From: an uncultured virus (IMG/VR IMGVR_UViG_3300027396_000015)
Lineage: Duplodnaviria > Heunggongvirae > Uroviricota > Caudoviricetes
DNA: 64,000 nucleotides
Strand: one strand, 5' to 3'
IMG/VR virus record: IMGVR_UViG_3300027396_000015
Each line of letters starts with the position of its first letter. The first letter of the stretch is position 1. The translations under genes and the position numbers were made by a program. A model generated the notes under the pieces. That model was not told where the DNA came from, made no database searches, and saw nothing but the letters and a program-made list of their open reading frames with translations. Shown here in pieces: positions 21,347 through 33,400 of this stretch.

Positions 21347-21904
21347 ATGACTTGGATCATTGATAAAACATTTGAATTTTGTTATGGACATCGTGTTCAT
21401 ACACAAACACTAAACGGCGAATATGCGGCAGACTTGAAATGTGCTTGCAGACATTTACATGGACACGAAGGTAAAATGCAGGTTCATTTAACAGGCGACG
21501 GATTAGATAAAACTGGAATGGTCACTGACTTTAGACATTTAGAATGGCTAAAGAAATGGATCAACACTTATATTGATCATCAATTTATTATTGATAAAAA
21601 CGATCCGCTGTTTACTAAGATGCTGGGAGAAAAAGTCGAGCTAATTCCAGTGTATGTTCCAGAAACCGAATACGTTGCAGGTTGGCATATTCATCCAATC
21701 TATTATGCTAATATGTCTGGTCCTGAACAAGAATACTACGAAGGATTTATGGTAGTAGACTTTGTTCCAACATCGGAACACCTAAGTAGTTGGATGGCAG
21801 AATTAGTTGATGTCAAAATGAAAAAATTAGGCGTCAAAGTTCACAGCATCGAATGGTGGGAAACTCCTAAGAGTCGTAGTGTTTTTTATAAAGATGGTAC
21901 GTAA
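21347..21904 (+). CDS. queD: 6-carboxytetrahydropterin synthase (QueD/PTPS family)
   Basis: FCYGHR, CRHLHGH, GMVTDF, IDHQF, PTSE, WETP. Confidence 0.9.
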   Translation: MTWIIDKTFEFCYGHRVHTQTLNGEYAADLKCACRHLHGHEGKMQVHLTGDGLDKTGMVTDFRHLEWLKKWINTYIDHQFIIDKNDPLFTKMLGEKVELIPVYVPETEYVAGWHIHPIYYANMSGPEQEYYEGFMVVDFVPTSEHLSSWMAELVDVKMKKLGVKVHSIEWWETPKSRSVFYKDGT

Positions 21905-22055
21905 GTTTTGGAGACTATGGGCCAAGGCACTAGGAGAGAAAGCCGGTGTTACCAAACAAGAAGCGGACAGGATTGCATTGATTCGAACTGTTATTGTATT
22001 GACTTATATAATAACTAACATATTCATTGTAGCGGGTGTAATAAGGCACTGGTAA
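21894..22055 (+). CDS. Small membrane protein (53 aa, not in the ORF track)
   Basis: MVRKFWRLWAKALGEKAG...IVLTYIITNIFIVAGVIRHW; the stop overlaps the next ATG. Confidence 0.7.
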   Translation: MVRKFWRLWAKALGEKAGVTKQEADRIALIRTVIVLTYIITNIFIVAGVIRHW

Positions 22056-22750
22056 TGCTAAACGTCATTAGTTTAAAACACGGTACAAAGTACGGTCCGG
22101 AATATGTAAACAAACTTTACAATATGGTCTCAAGGCACTTAACTGTGCCTTTTGATTTTTATTGCTTTACTGAAGATCCTACAAACTTAAATCCTGCAAT
22201 TAAAATTAAACCCTTGCCCAAAGGACTGTTTTCTGGTTGGTGGTGGAAACCATATATCTTTAAACAAGGACATTTTCCAGACGGTGATGTAAATTTGTTC
22301 TTTGATTTGGATATGGTTATTGTAGGTAATATAGACAAATTGGTTTCGTACCTGCCTGGAAATTTTGTTGGTTTGGAAGATGTAGGCAGAGTGTTTAGAC
22401 GTGTGCCACCAAAATTAGGTAGTGCTGTACTGCGTTGGCCCAGTAACCATTTCAGCAATATTTGGGACGATTTGGAAAACAATCCAGCGTTAACCAAAAA
22501 GTTCCCAGGTGATCAAGATTGGATTTGGCAGTCACACAAAAGTATTATAAAATTTTTCCCTGAAACTTGGATACAGAGCTACAAGTGGGAAATAAGACAG
22601 CGGGAAGAGTTGATTAGGGTTCAGGGTAAAAACGTGTTTAAGACGGTGCGTAGCCCGTCTATGAACCCGGATTGTAGCGTAATTGCGTTCCACGGAACAC
22701 CAAATCCCGAAGATGTCCAGGACCAAATCATTGTTGACAACTGGCAGTAA
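22055..22750 (+). CDS. GT-A-fold glycosyltransferase
   Basis: KYGPEYVNKLY, WWKP, FFDLD (DxD), GDQDW, FHG.P.P. Confidence 0.75.
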   Translation: MLNVISLKHGTKYGPEYVNKLYNMVSRHLTVPFDFYCFTEDPTNLNPAIKIKPLPKGLFSGWWWKPYIFKQGHFPDGDVNLFFDLDMVIVGNIDKLVSYLPGNFVGLEDVGRVFRRVPPKLGSAVLRWPSNHFSNIWDDLENNPALTKKFPGDQDWIWQSHKSIIKFFPETWIQSYKWEIRQREELIRVQGKNVFKTVRSPSMNPDCSVIAFHGTPNPEDVQDQIIVDNWQ

Positions 22751-22762
22751 CGATGCTATAAT
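22734..22762 (+). promoter_or_regulatory. sigma70-type promoter with extended -10
   Basis: TTGACA-N17-TATAAT, with TGc immediately before the -10. Confidence 0.8.
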
Positions 22763-22790
22763 ATATTATCGTAACTTTATCGAGAGTTTT

Positions 22791-23810
22791 GTGAACAAAC
22801 GTATTGGCTTTGCCTGTAAATGGATCGACCGTCCAGATCAAGTAGACGGTATTAAACCCAAAGATGAATGTAAGAAATACAATACAGGAGCAACAACTGT
22901 GGCTTGGCTTAACCGTCAAACCAAAGATGTGGCTGTTGAAAAATTGTGGTCTTTGCTTGAACAAAATATCAACTCAACTAAATTATTAGTAGAAAGGGTA
23001 GGGCAATTAGATGATGACTTACGTATGGTACGCCTTAGCAGTGATATTCTTCCTGTCTACACTGAGCCTACTTGGTGCTGGTTTTGGCGTGAAAATGATG
23101 TGCAGACATACGCCCAAAAACATTTTGCAGAAGTGGGAGATATTGCTCGTTCCCGCAACGTTCGTCTCAGTTTTCATCCTGGTCAATTTACTGTGTTGGC
23201 AAGCGACAATCCTGATATTGTTCAGCGTTCTATAGAGGAGTTTGAGTATCATGCGGATATGGCGAGATGGATGGGGTATGGTAAAAGATTTCAGGACTTT
23301 AAGATCAACGTCCACATCGCCGGTAGAGCCGGTCCAGCCGGTATTAAAAGTGCCCTCCCGAGACTTTCCCCCGAAGCAAGAAACTGCATCACCATCGAAA
23401 ATGACGAAATCACCTGGGGAATCGACTCAAGCCTCGAACTTGCCAAAGATCTCGCTTTGGTGCTAGACATACACCATCATTGGATTAATACTGGAGAATA
23501 TATTGAAGCAACTGACGACCGTGTTAAAAGGATTATCGATAGTTGGCGTGGTGTGCGCCCTGTCATACATTATAGTGTTTCACGGGAAGAGCATCTTAAT
23601 GGCCATGCCACAGACTCCGCTCCCTCCCTACTTTCACTAATGGAAAGTGGACACAAAAAAGCAAAACTCAGAGCACATTCGAACTTCTACTGGAACACAG
23701 CAGTGAACGAATGGGCACTGAGTTTTTGGGATCAGTTTGATATTATGTGCGAAAGCAAGGCTAAAAATCTAGCCTCGTTTGCACTACACAAACAAGCGAT
23801 TACTTCTTAG
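22791..23810 (+). CDS. uvsE: UV-damage endonuclease
   Basis: RIGFAC, RLSSDILP, RLSFHPGQF, IENDE, VLDIHHH, HYS, AHS, DIMCESK; probable GTG start. Confidence 0.9.
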   Translation: MNKRIGFACKWIDRPDQVDGIKPKDECKKYNTGATTVAWLNRQTKDVAVEKLWSLLEQNINSTKLLVERVGQLDDDLRMVRLSSDILPVYTEPTWCWFWRENDVQTYAQKHFAEVGDIARSRNVRLSFHPGQFTVLASDNPDIVQRSIEEFEYHADMARWMGYGKRFQDFKINVHIAGRAGPAGIKSALPRLSPEARNCITIENDEITWGIDSSLELAKDLALVLDIHHHWINTGEYIEATDDRVKRIIDSWRGVRPVIHYSVSREEHLNGHATDSAPSLLSLMESGHKKAKLRAHSNFYWNTAVNEWALSFWDQFDIMCESKAKNLASFALHKQAITS

Positions 23811-24018
23811 GGGCTTTCTTAGCAGGAGCCTTTTTTGCGGCTGCTGGTTTACGGCCAGCGGCCTTTTTCTTAGGTGCTTCTGCTTTAGGTGCCTCAGCAA
23901 CTGGAGCAGGTGCTTCTACTTTAGTTTCTTCCACTTTAGGTGCTTCAACCTTGTATGGTGCTTCTGCTACGGTTTCTTGAGACTTACCGCCAAATAGTTT
24001 TTTTAATAATGACAACAT
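23800..24018 (-). CDS. Small Ala/Lys/Pro-rich protein with a histone-like tail
   Basis: MLSLLKKLFGG...KKAPAKKAPKK; SD GGAGG; TATAAATA at 24041-24048 on the - strand. Confidence 0.7.
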   Translation of the reverse strand: MLSLLKKLFGGKSQETVAEAPYKVEAPKVEETKVEAPAPVAEAPKAEAPKKKAAGRKPAAAKKAPAKKAPKK

Positions 24019-24043
24019 TCTAGTGTCCTCCATGAGCAAATAT

Positions 24044-24331
24044 TTATAGTTTACTAATATCATCCAGGCTCGAAACAGTCTTATCCCATATGATTTTGCG
24101 TTCTGCACCTTTTTTCTGTGCAAATCTCTTAGGATCGCAACTAGGGCAACAGTGAAAGAAATTATTGTTTAACCTATTAGGATCCATTGATCCTTTAGTC
24201 CTAGTAAATGTTTCACCGCAGTTATCACAGCGCAGGACTACAATAGTTTTTTTACGTTCATAAGTATGCTCACGACCAAGTTTACTAGTTCGTGTATGCT
24301 GACTTTTTTCTGTATCTATACGTATGAACAT
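24044..24331 (-). CDS. Small zinc-binding protein
   Basis: CDNC...HCCPSC; TAAATA 4 nt before the ATG. Confidence 0.7.
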   Translation of the reverse strand: MFIRIDTEKSQHTRTSKLGREHTYERKKTIVVLRCDNCGETFTRTKGSMDPNRLNNNFFHCCPSCDPKRFAQKKGAERKIIWDKTVSSLDDISKL

Positions 24332-24401
24332 CAGTTATTTACATTAAGGTTATAAAATTATCTGCTAAATATTGGATACAAAGTCTTTTTTGGAGTATTC
24401 A

Positions 24402-27400
24402 ATGGCACGTAAAATAGTCGACATCGGCGTATCAGGTAATGACGGAACTGGTGATAGTATCCGTGAAGCGTTTAGAAAAACGAATGAAAACTTCCAAGAG
24501 TTATATGCTGTTTTCGGTCAAGGCGGATTTTTAAAGTTCACTGACCTTAGCGATACTCCTGATACATTAGTAGGACAAGGTAATAAGATTCCAGTAGTTA
24601 ATTCTATTGGTACTAGTTTAGTATTCAAAGACTTTTTCAGTCCTAACGGTACTATCCAGTTTGATTATTCCGAGCAAGAAACCTTTGATATTGTTAGTGT
24701 ATCAAGAAGTAGCAACGTTGCCACTATTACACTTTCAGCAAACCACAATTTAGATCCTGGACAACGAGTTACAATCGCGTCCACAGACAATACTTCATTT
24801 AACACTACTTCTGCCCTATTGTTAACTGGCACAGTAGACAATGTTCTAGTATATACAAACGCAGGAACAAACTTATCAACTAGTGCGGCAACTGGTACTA
24901 TTACCAGTTACGGTTCCGTTAAAATTGATACATTAAGTTCTAAATTACAGGACGACCCATTACCAAAATTACAATATGCGCTGGATGCACGTAATCAATT
25001 AATCGGCGGCTTACGCAGTCCTATTAATCAAACAGATTTCCAAACTGCTGTTAATAGTTTCAACACACAGCACGAAACTCTTTATAGCATAGATTCCTTT
25101 GCTATTAACAAAGGTTATGCCGACTCCAAATATGTAAACATTACAGGCGACACAATGACTGGTCACTTAAATGTGCCAGCAAACGCCACAGGTAACCAAG
25201 CACCACGTGCCGCAGAAGTTGTATTAAAAACTGGCGGCGATATGACTGGTGTGCTAAACTTAGCAGATCATCCAGGCGGACTTGCAGGTGCTGGTACGCC
25301 TAACGGAGAAGATGACTTACAAGCCGCTACAAAATATTATGTAGATAATTCAAGTTATTCAAGCAGATTTAACTTGTACGTTACCACAGGCGGTGACGAC
25401 ACACAGGCACGTACACCGCGTGGAAAAGAAGGACGCGATCGTTCTTATGCTTATGCAAGTATTAACAAAGCCTGTCAAAAAGCAGAACAATTAGTAAATG
25501 ATGCACCATGGGAAACTGGTCCTTATCGTCAGTTAATTGCCTACGGTGGCGGTGAAGCGTTCTCTGAAGTTACAAGAATTGAATCTGGTGCATCTGGTAC
25601 TACTCGTGTTTACTTTACTAACAACGGTGGTTCTCGTGTTGACCAAGGTCAATTACCAAAACCAGATATTGTCTCCGGTAAGATTGTTGTTGGACGTACC
25701 AGCGGCGCACAGGGTTTCATTTATCAATACTATGGCTCCGATGGTAGTTCAAGTATCGGCGAAGACTATTTTGACTTGCAGGATGTTATTGGTGATTTTG
25801 TGCCTGGCGAAAACCTAGAGTTTGACCAAGCAGTTAAAAATATCCAAATTAGTATTGTTGTTGAATCTGGTATCTATTTTGAAGACTATCCAATTCGTGT
25901 CCCGCCAAACGTTGCTATCGTTGGTGACGAATTGCGTAGATGTATTGTTCGTCCAGCGGACCGCCCAAGTCGCAGTCCATGGGTTGACGTTTGGTTCCGT
26001 AGAGATAAAACATTTGACGGATTAACTTTAACCAGCACAGAATACGGTTATCACTATCTAACAGACCCGTCTGATATTTTAAGTGAACCAAAGAACAACA
26101 GAGACCTTGACGTATTCTTATGTAACGATGCTGTTATTATTCGTCAGATTACCTGTCAAGGCCACGGCGGCTTTATGATGGTACTTGACCCAGAAGGTCA
26201 AATTTTAACCAAGTCTGCATATATTCAACAGTCCGGTTCTTTTGCAGGATCACTAAACAAACAACGTTTTGCTGGTGGACAGTATGTTGACGGCTTTGCT
26301 GGTAACGTTCCTCTTAAGATTCAAGAAAAAATCAGCGACACAGAATTCCTAGTAACAGGCAGTGAACGTGCTCCAACAACTCCTTGCTCATTTGTTATTG
26401 ACGGAAGAACTTTTAAAGTTGAAGCATACACTGATGACGGCAACGGCTATGGAAATGCTAGAAAATTAATTCGTCGAAACATCGACTTTATCAAAGCAGA
26501 AGTTATTGGTTATATTAATACAGAACTAAGTCCACCATTTACATTCAACGAAACCAAATGTGCTCGTGACGTTGGATTGATTGTTGATGCACTAGGTTAC
26601 GATCTAGCACTAGGTACAAACTTTAATGCTGTACGTGCTGGACAATCATACTATCGCGGCACACAATACAGTATTCTTCCAGACCAAAAAGATGAATACT
26701 TAGATGCGTTAATCTATACAAGAACATTAATTTCTGATGTATTAGCCGGTAACTCTGTTGCACGTCTAAGAGCAGAAGCAAGTTTTGATGAGATAACAGA
26801 TATCATTGCTAACGGTATTATTTCATCAGATACAATTACATGGTCAGATCCGTCAGGTGCTCCTACTTCAAGAGTAAATGCAAAAAATCTTATTTTAGAT
26901 AACATTGAATTTATTAAAGAAGAAATTATTGCCTGGATTGCTGAAGAATATCCAGACTTTGTCTACGACGAAGACAAGTGTCGTCGAGATGCGGCATACA
27001 TTTTAAATTCTATTGTTTACGACTTACTATATGAAGGTAACTCGGCAACTGTAGAAGCCGGATATCAATATTACGATGGTAACGGAAGTTTGCAAATTCC
27101 TGGACAAACATTGCAAACCACAGAAGCATTGGCCTATGCCAGTGGTGTTGCACAGTTAGTTGTTACTAATACTCCTGTTCCGTTCCCTAAACAAAGTGCT
27201 GTAACACAGGTATTTGATTTAGTTAATCCAGGTAGCGCAACTGAATCTGCTAGAGTAGGTGTGTTAATGGGCTACATTAATACTATTATTTTAAGCGGAC
27301 GTGAAGCGGCTCCTACTATTGAATATCCAACTTTCTATAGTGTGTCTGGTTCGTTAACAGACAGCAGAACATTATTGTTAAACAACAAAGAAAGTATCAA

Positions 27401-30400
27401 GTCTGACACATTAGTTTATCTACAACAAAGATATAGTTACAACCAAGATACTTGTGCTCGTGACACTGGATACATCTGCGATGCTATTGCACACGACATT
27501 TATTATAGCGGTAATTTAAAAACAGTTCAGGCAGCTCTAGCATACTTCAATGCTAGTGCTAGTTCTAAGATTGTTATTGACCAGCAGTTGGCCAACACAC
27601 TTGCGGCTATTAACTACATTGAAACATTGATATTAAATGTTATTAATAACGAAGATCCAACAGTACGATATCAACAATCTGTTCTACAGTATATCGATAC
27701 CGATATTACCGATGGCGGCTTAGCAGAAGCAACTATTCAAGATTTGTTTGACGAGTTCATTGGCATTTTAGAAAATCCGCCAAGTGCTCGTGGTGCTCGT
27801 GCATTGTTAGTCGATAATAAAGATTTTATCAAAGCAGAAGTTATTAACTACATTAACAACAAATATGTAGGATTTACCTATGATTCTGCTACATGTCAAC
27901 GTGACGTGGGTTATGTAATTGATGCTATTGGTTACGACTTAATGTTTGGCGGCAACTTCCAGACAATTACAGCGGCAAGATCTTATTACAGAGCTTCAGC
28001 CGCTGTGGCTGTTGGCGTACAAAAAGCCGCAACTATTGACGCATTTACTTTCTTAAGAGATGAAATATTATCTGTTGTTAGTGCAAGTGCTACCGCAGTT
28101 ACTAGTGTAACTACCAACATGAATATGTTCTTAGATGTTATTACTAACGGACTAACTCAAGAACCTGCAATCGTAACTCCTGATCCAACAGGCTACGATG
28201 TAAATTATAATCGTGCTAGAACACTGATTGAATCTAACAGAGAATTTATTAAAGCAGAAGTAATTCAATATATTTCTAACAACTATGTTGGATTAAGTTA
28301 TGACCCTGCTGTATGCTTACGTGATACAGAATACATTTTAGATGCACTATATCACGACCTAACCTACGGTGGTAACATTCAAACATTGATTGCTGGTAAG
28401 GCTTATTATTCTTACACAACTCTACAAGTTGCGGCTCCTGAGAAACCAGCAACATTGGCCGCATATGGTTATCTACAAAGTCTAGTTGAAGACATTGCAT
28501 TAGACTTACCTATTACTGCATTACAAGGTGGTGTTGCGCAGGTTCGCGGTACTCCAGGTAACAGTTCTGCCAGTGCTACTGCTGGACAGCGTATTGGAGA
28601 AATTTTAACAATTATCGACCTTGGGCTCGGTTCTGTTCCTTCAACAATTACTCCAAGTACTGCTTGGGTAAGTGCTGGCTTAACTGGTGCAAATTCTGCA
28701 CTACAAAGTGCTAAGTCAACTTTACAAACTGCTGTAACAAATTATATCGATGCTAATTATACAAACACATTAGTTTACAATGAAGAAATTTGTTCACGAG
28801 ACGTTGGCTTTATTGTTGCCGCAGTTTCAGCAGACTTGTTATATGGCGGAACATACTTAACAATTCGTGCCGCACAGCGTTACTATGTAGGTACTGCTAG
28901 TAGCCGTGTTGTATTAGAAAATCAATTATCACAAACATTAGATTCATTTGCCTATGCCAAGGAAGTTGCACAGGCTGTATTGAATCAAGTTCCACCAACA
29001 TTAAATTATCAAGTTATTAACGATGTTGCTGTAGAGAATAGAGTATCACAGGTATTCAGTTCTGACTACGACGGCTCTGCATTTGTTACACGAGCAGGAC
29101 AGTTGTTTGATTTATTAAACGAAGTTATTACAGACCCGGAAGTAGATGTTTCAACAGTATTAACTGGTGCCAAACCTATCGTTTACCCAACATACAGATT
29201 AGTTCTTTCTACAACTACTCCTGTAACTAACGACTTAGAATATACTATTTCTACCTTCACTAGCAAGGCAGACTCGGGCGTCGGGGATGGATCTTACGAT
29301 GTAGTATTCAGCATTGTTACGCCCGTTGGAACTACTGCTCCTAGAACTAAAACACGTTATAGAGTGTTTGGCAACAGCAACTCTAACTATAACAATGATG
29401 CTGTAGAGTGTGTAGCATCTACACTAACTTCGATGACACTACGTTATCCAAGTGACCCGGGTGCATTTGGCACTGGCACTACTACCATAGAGTATGTAAA
29501 AGACTTTATGCTACTAAGTGCTGGTAACACCAGTATGTGTTCAAATGACTTTACACAGATTAACGACTTAGGTTATGGACTGGTTGCTACAAACATTGGT
29601 TTGATTGAAACAGTTTCTGTGTTCAGTTACTATTGCTGGACTGCTTATTATGCCAACAACGGTGGACAGATTCGTTCATTGAACGGTTCTAACGCACACG
29701 GCGAGTATGGTATTATTTCTGAAGGTAGTGATCCATTAGAAGTTCCAGATAAGTGTAACTTGTCAGACAACATGATGCAGGTTGCTCGTGTTTACAAACA
29801 AGGAATTTATAGCACAGACAACGATGTTGGTGATTTACAGGTATTTTTCTACCAACATGATTACTCACCATACAACGTATCTGAAGTTGAAATTAACCAC
29901 GGCGCTGGCGTTGTTACAGAACTAGACGCAACTAGTTTAATCGGTGGTAGTGGTTATACCAACGGCACATATATTAATGTTCCGTTAACAGGCGGAACTG
30001 GTAGTGGTATCACTGCTAACATTGTTGTGTCAGGAGGTGTAGTAACTACTGTAGGTTTAGTTGCCGCAGGTATTAGATACAGCGAAGGTGATATTTTAAG
30101 TTGCAGTAATACAAACGTAGGCGGAACAGGTTCGGGCTTCTTTATCACTGTTAAAACTATTATTGGTAACGGTATTGCTCGTTACGAAGTTGCAGGTGTA
30201 ACTGATGTTTCAAGTACCTTGGCACAGTCTGTTTCTGGAACACCACTTAAGACTGGGCCAACAGGCGGAAAATATTACGTAACATATTCGTTCACTGCTG
30301 AACCATATACACCAAGAATTGGTGTACCTTACACAGTTAGTGGATCAACAACTTCTGGGTTTAACGGTGTATATACTGCTACCGCTAGTACAACATCTAG

Positions 30401-33400
30401 TGTTACACTAGAGTACAGTACCAATCCTGGAACATGGGCAGGCGGTTTGGCTAGCCTATGGGGCCTAGGCAACGTTCTACGTCTAAACATCAACACTGGC
30501 GGTAATAATGATACTGCTACAAACGGCTTGGCCGTAGCATTGTCACATGACCAACCAATTATTATTCGCAGTAACCAAAACTTTAAGTTCTACGAAGTCG
30601 ATGACACTAACCCGGTTCGTCCAAGTACTGCATTGACATTCGTCGGTGATCCCGATGCAGGTGCTATTGTTTATCGTGTGTTAGCATACGGTAACAAAGG
30701 TCCATTAAATGAAGACCTTGCGGTAGACGAAAGTATTCTAGGCTTCGATACAACTTACGATTATGTAAAATTACTAGTCAATGCAGAAAATGTATCTAAC
30801 GCTGATCCAGATAATGTTGGACAGACTATGGGGTCGACTGCTGGTGATACTAAGATTGCCATCGACCGTGTAAACGAAACTGACATTGAAAGCAGACTTA
30901 ATACCGGAGATATGATTACTGCCTGGGATGGCAAGATTCATAAAATTTTAAGTTACACTGACATGGGGTTATTAGCCGGTTACGCTTATGTTGAAATAGA
31001 AGATGTCGCTGATAAGTGTCTAGCAGGAACATCTGCTAGCGGTATTAATACACCAGTTGATCCAGACTTTAACTTGGATATTTCTGAACCTCCAACATTA
31101 CGTGCAGGTTTATCTAGCACAGAGCCAGCAGAAGTTATTGTACGTATTAGTACTTGCCGTGTTACAGGACATGACTTCTTAGACATTGGTACTGGAGGCT
31201 ATAACGATACTAACTTCCCAAGCAAGATTTACGGTGCTCCAAAAGAACCTAACCAAGCACGTGAAGTTACAGAACGTACAAGAGGACGTTGTTTCTATGT
31301 AACCACAGACCAAGACGGTATTTTCCGTGTAGGTCGATTCTTTACAGTTGACCAAGGTACTGGTCGTGTAACGTTTGCGGCATCTATTGCGTTGTCAAAC
31401 TTAGACGGTCTAGGATTTAAGCGTGGTGTTACAGTTAGTGAATTCTCAAACGATGATAGATTTACTGACGGTGCTAACGATGCGCTACCAACTGAAGCGG
31501 CAACACAAGGTTACATTGACAGACGTCTTGGAATGGATCGTACAAATAACGTTCTAGATCCAACTGCACTAATTGGTCCAGGCTACATGGATCGTGCTGG
31601 TTTGTTAACATTTACTGGTCCAGATCCAATGGACATGGGCGGATTTGTTATTGCTAACTTAGGTAGTCCTACTGCTGATACAGATGCGGCTAACAAGTTA
31701 TATGTTAGAAATCAAGAACTAAGCGATGACAGAGTTGATACTTCAACAAGTCCAGCAAGAAGTTTAAATGATTTATTAGTTTATAACGGAGTTAAATGGA
31801 TCAACGCTGAAACAGTTAGCACAGGCGATATTCAAACTTCATTGACTCCTGGAACTAAAAATCTTGCTTTAAACATCAAGTCTAATGTAATTATTAACGC
31901 AGACGTTAATTCTAGTGCGGCTATTGCACAAAGTAAGTTAGACATGAATAAAGCAACTACTCGTGCAAATGCTACAAGTATTGCACAGGCAGATTTGGGT
32001 CTAGCAAGTTTCAAGAGTACAGAATTTACTGCAACTAACGGTTGGATTGAGTTGCAAACATCCAGTTCAACAACTACAGGTGTATTACAAACTAAATTAC
32101 AGTATATTGCCAACGACACTTATTTAGGTAATAATACAGGCAGTGCTACATATCCTCGTCAAGTAACATCTGGACAGATTGTTACCAACGGCGATGGTAT
32201 TAAGAATGCGTCATTTGCTCCAGGATCAGTAGGTAGCAATGGTCGTGCAATGATTTTAACTGCTATTGGTCCAAACGCTTACAGTACAACAAACATTAGT
32301 ACAAGTGCTCAGGCTAGTTCATTGATACAATCTGATGGTAGCGGCCGTGTTGCTGTAGCACAGTTAGACTTAACTTCAAGTAGTTATAAGACCTTAAGCG
32401 TCAGCGGAACTACACTGACTATGACTACACCCGGTGCTGTAGACTTCTTAACAGCAGTTGGAACTACTTCAGCAGGCACAACTATTACCACAGTTGGTAC
32501 TTTAAGTGCAAACGCAATAACATCAGCAAGCACTACAACATTTAGTCCTGCTAATGCTAACGTAACACTAAGTCCAAGTGGTACCGGTACTGTAACTATT
32601 GCTCCGGCCAGTGTCGGATCAATAAACAACGTAAACATTGGTGCAACTACTCGAGGTAATGGTTATTTTAAATTGTTGTCTGCTAACGATACAGTAACCT
32701 TAACTGCTAACCAAGCAGTAACAGGTGCTGCCAACGGTACTGGTACATTACAGGTTACAGGCGGTGCAGGTATCAGTGGCGACCTACGTGTTGGTGGAAC
32801 TATCTACGGTGCTGTTACTGGTACATTGGCTGGTACACTGGGTCTAAGCACATACCTAAGTTTCACTGCTGGTTCAAGTTACGATGGTAGTACAACACGT
32901 ACAATCCAAACTAACGCAACAAGTGCGGCCACAGGAAGCACATTAGTTGCACGTGACGTTAACGGTGACTTCAACGGACGTTATATTAACAGCAGTTACT
33001 TTAACAGTAGCGACGATGTAAGTGGTGGCACCATTACATACATAATGGCTAAGTTTGGCGATAACTACTATCGCTCTGCTACAGCCGCAAAAGTTGCTTC
33101 GTTCATTAGCGGACAGTCAATGAACATTGCAGGTAATGCAAGTACAGTTACAATTAACTATAACAACGATAGTAACAGCACATATCAAATGTTATGGGGT
33201 AGCGGTAATAGTGTATATGGCACAGGCGGCATTTATTGTAATCCATTTACCGACACACTATACGCAACATTATTCAATGGTACTGCTACAAGTGCTCGTT
33301 ACGCTGACTTGGCTGAAAAATACTTGTCAGATGCAGAATATGAAACTGGTACTGTTGTAGTATTTGGTGGTGATGAAGAAATTACAGTCACTGACAAACA

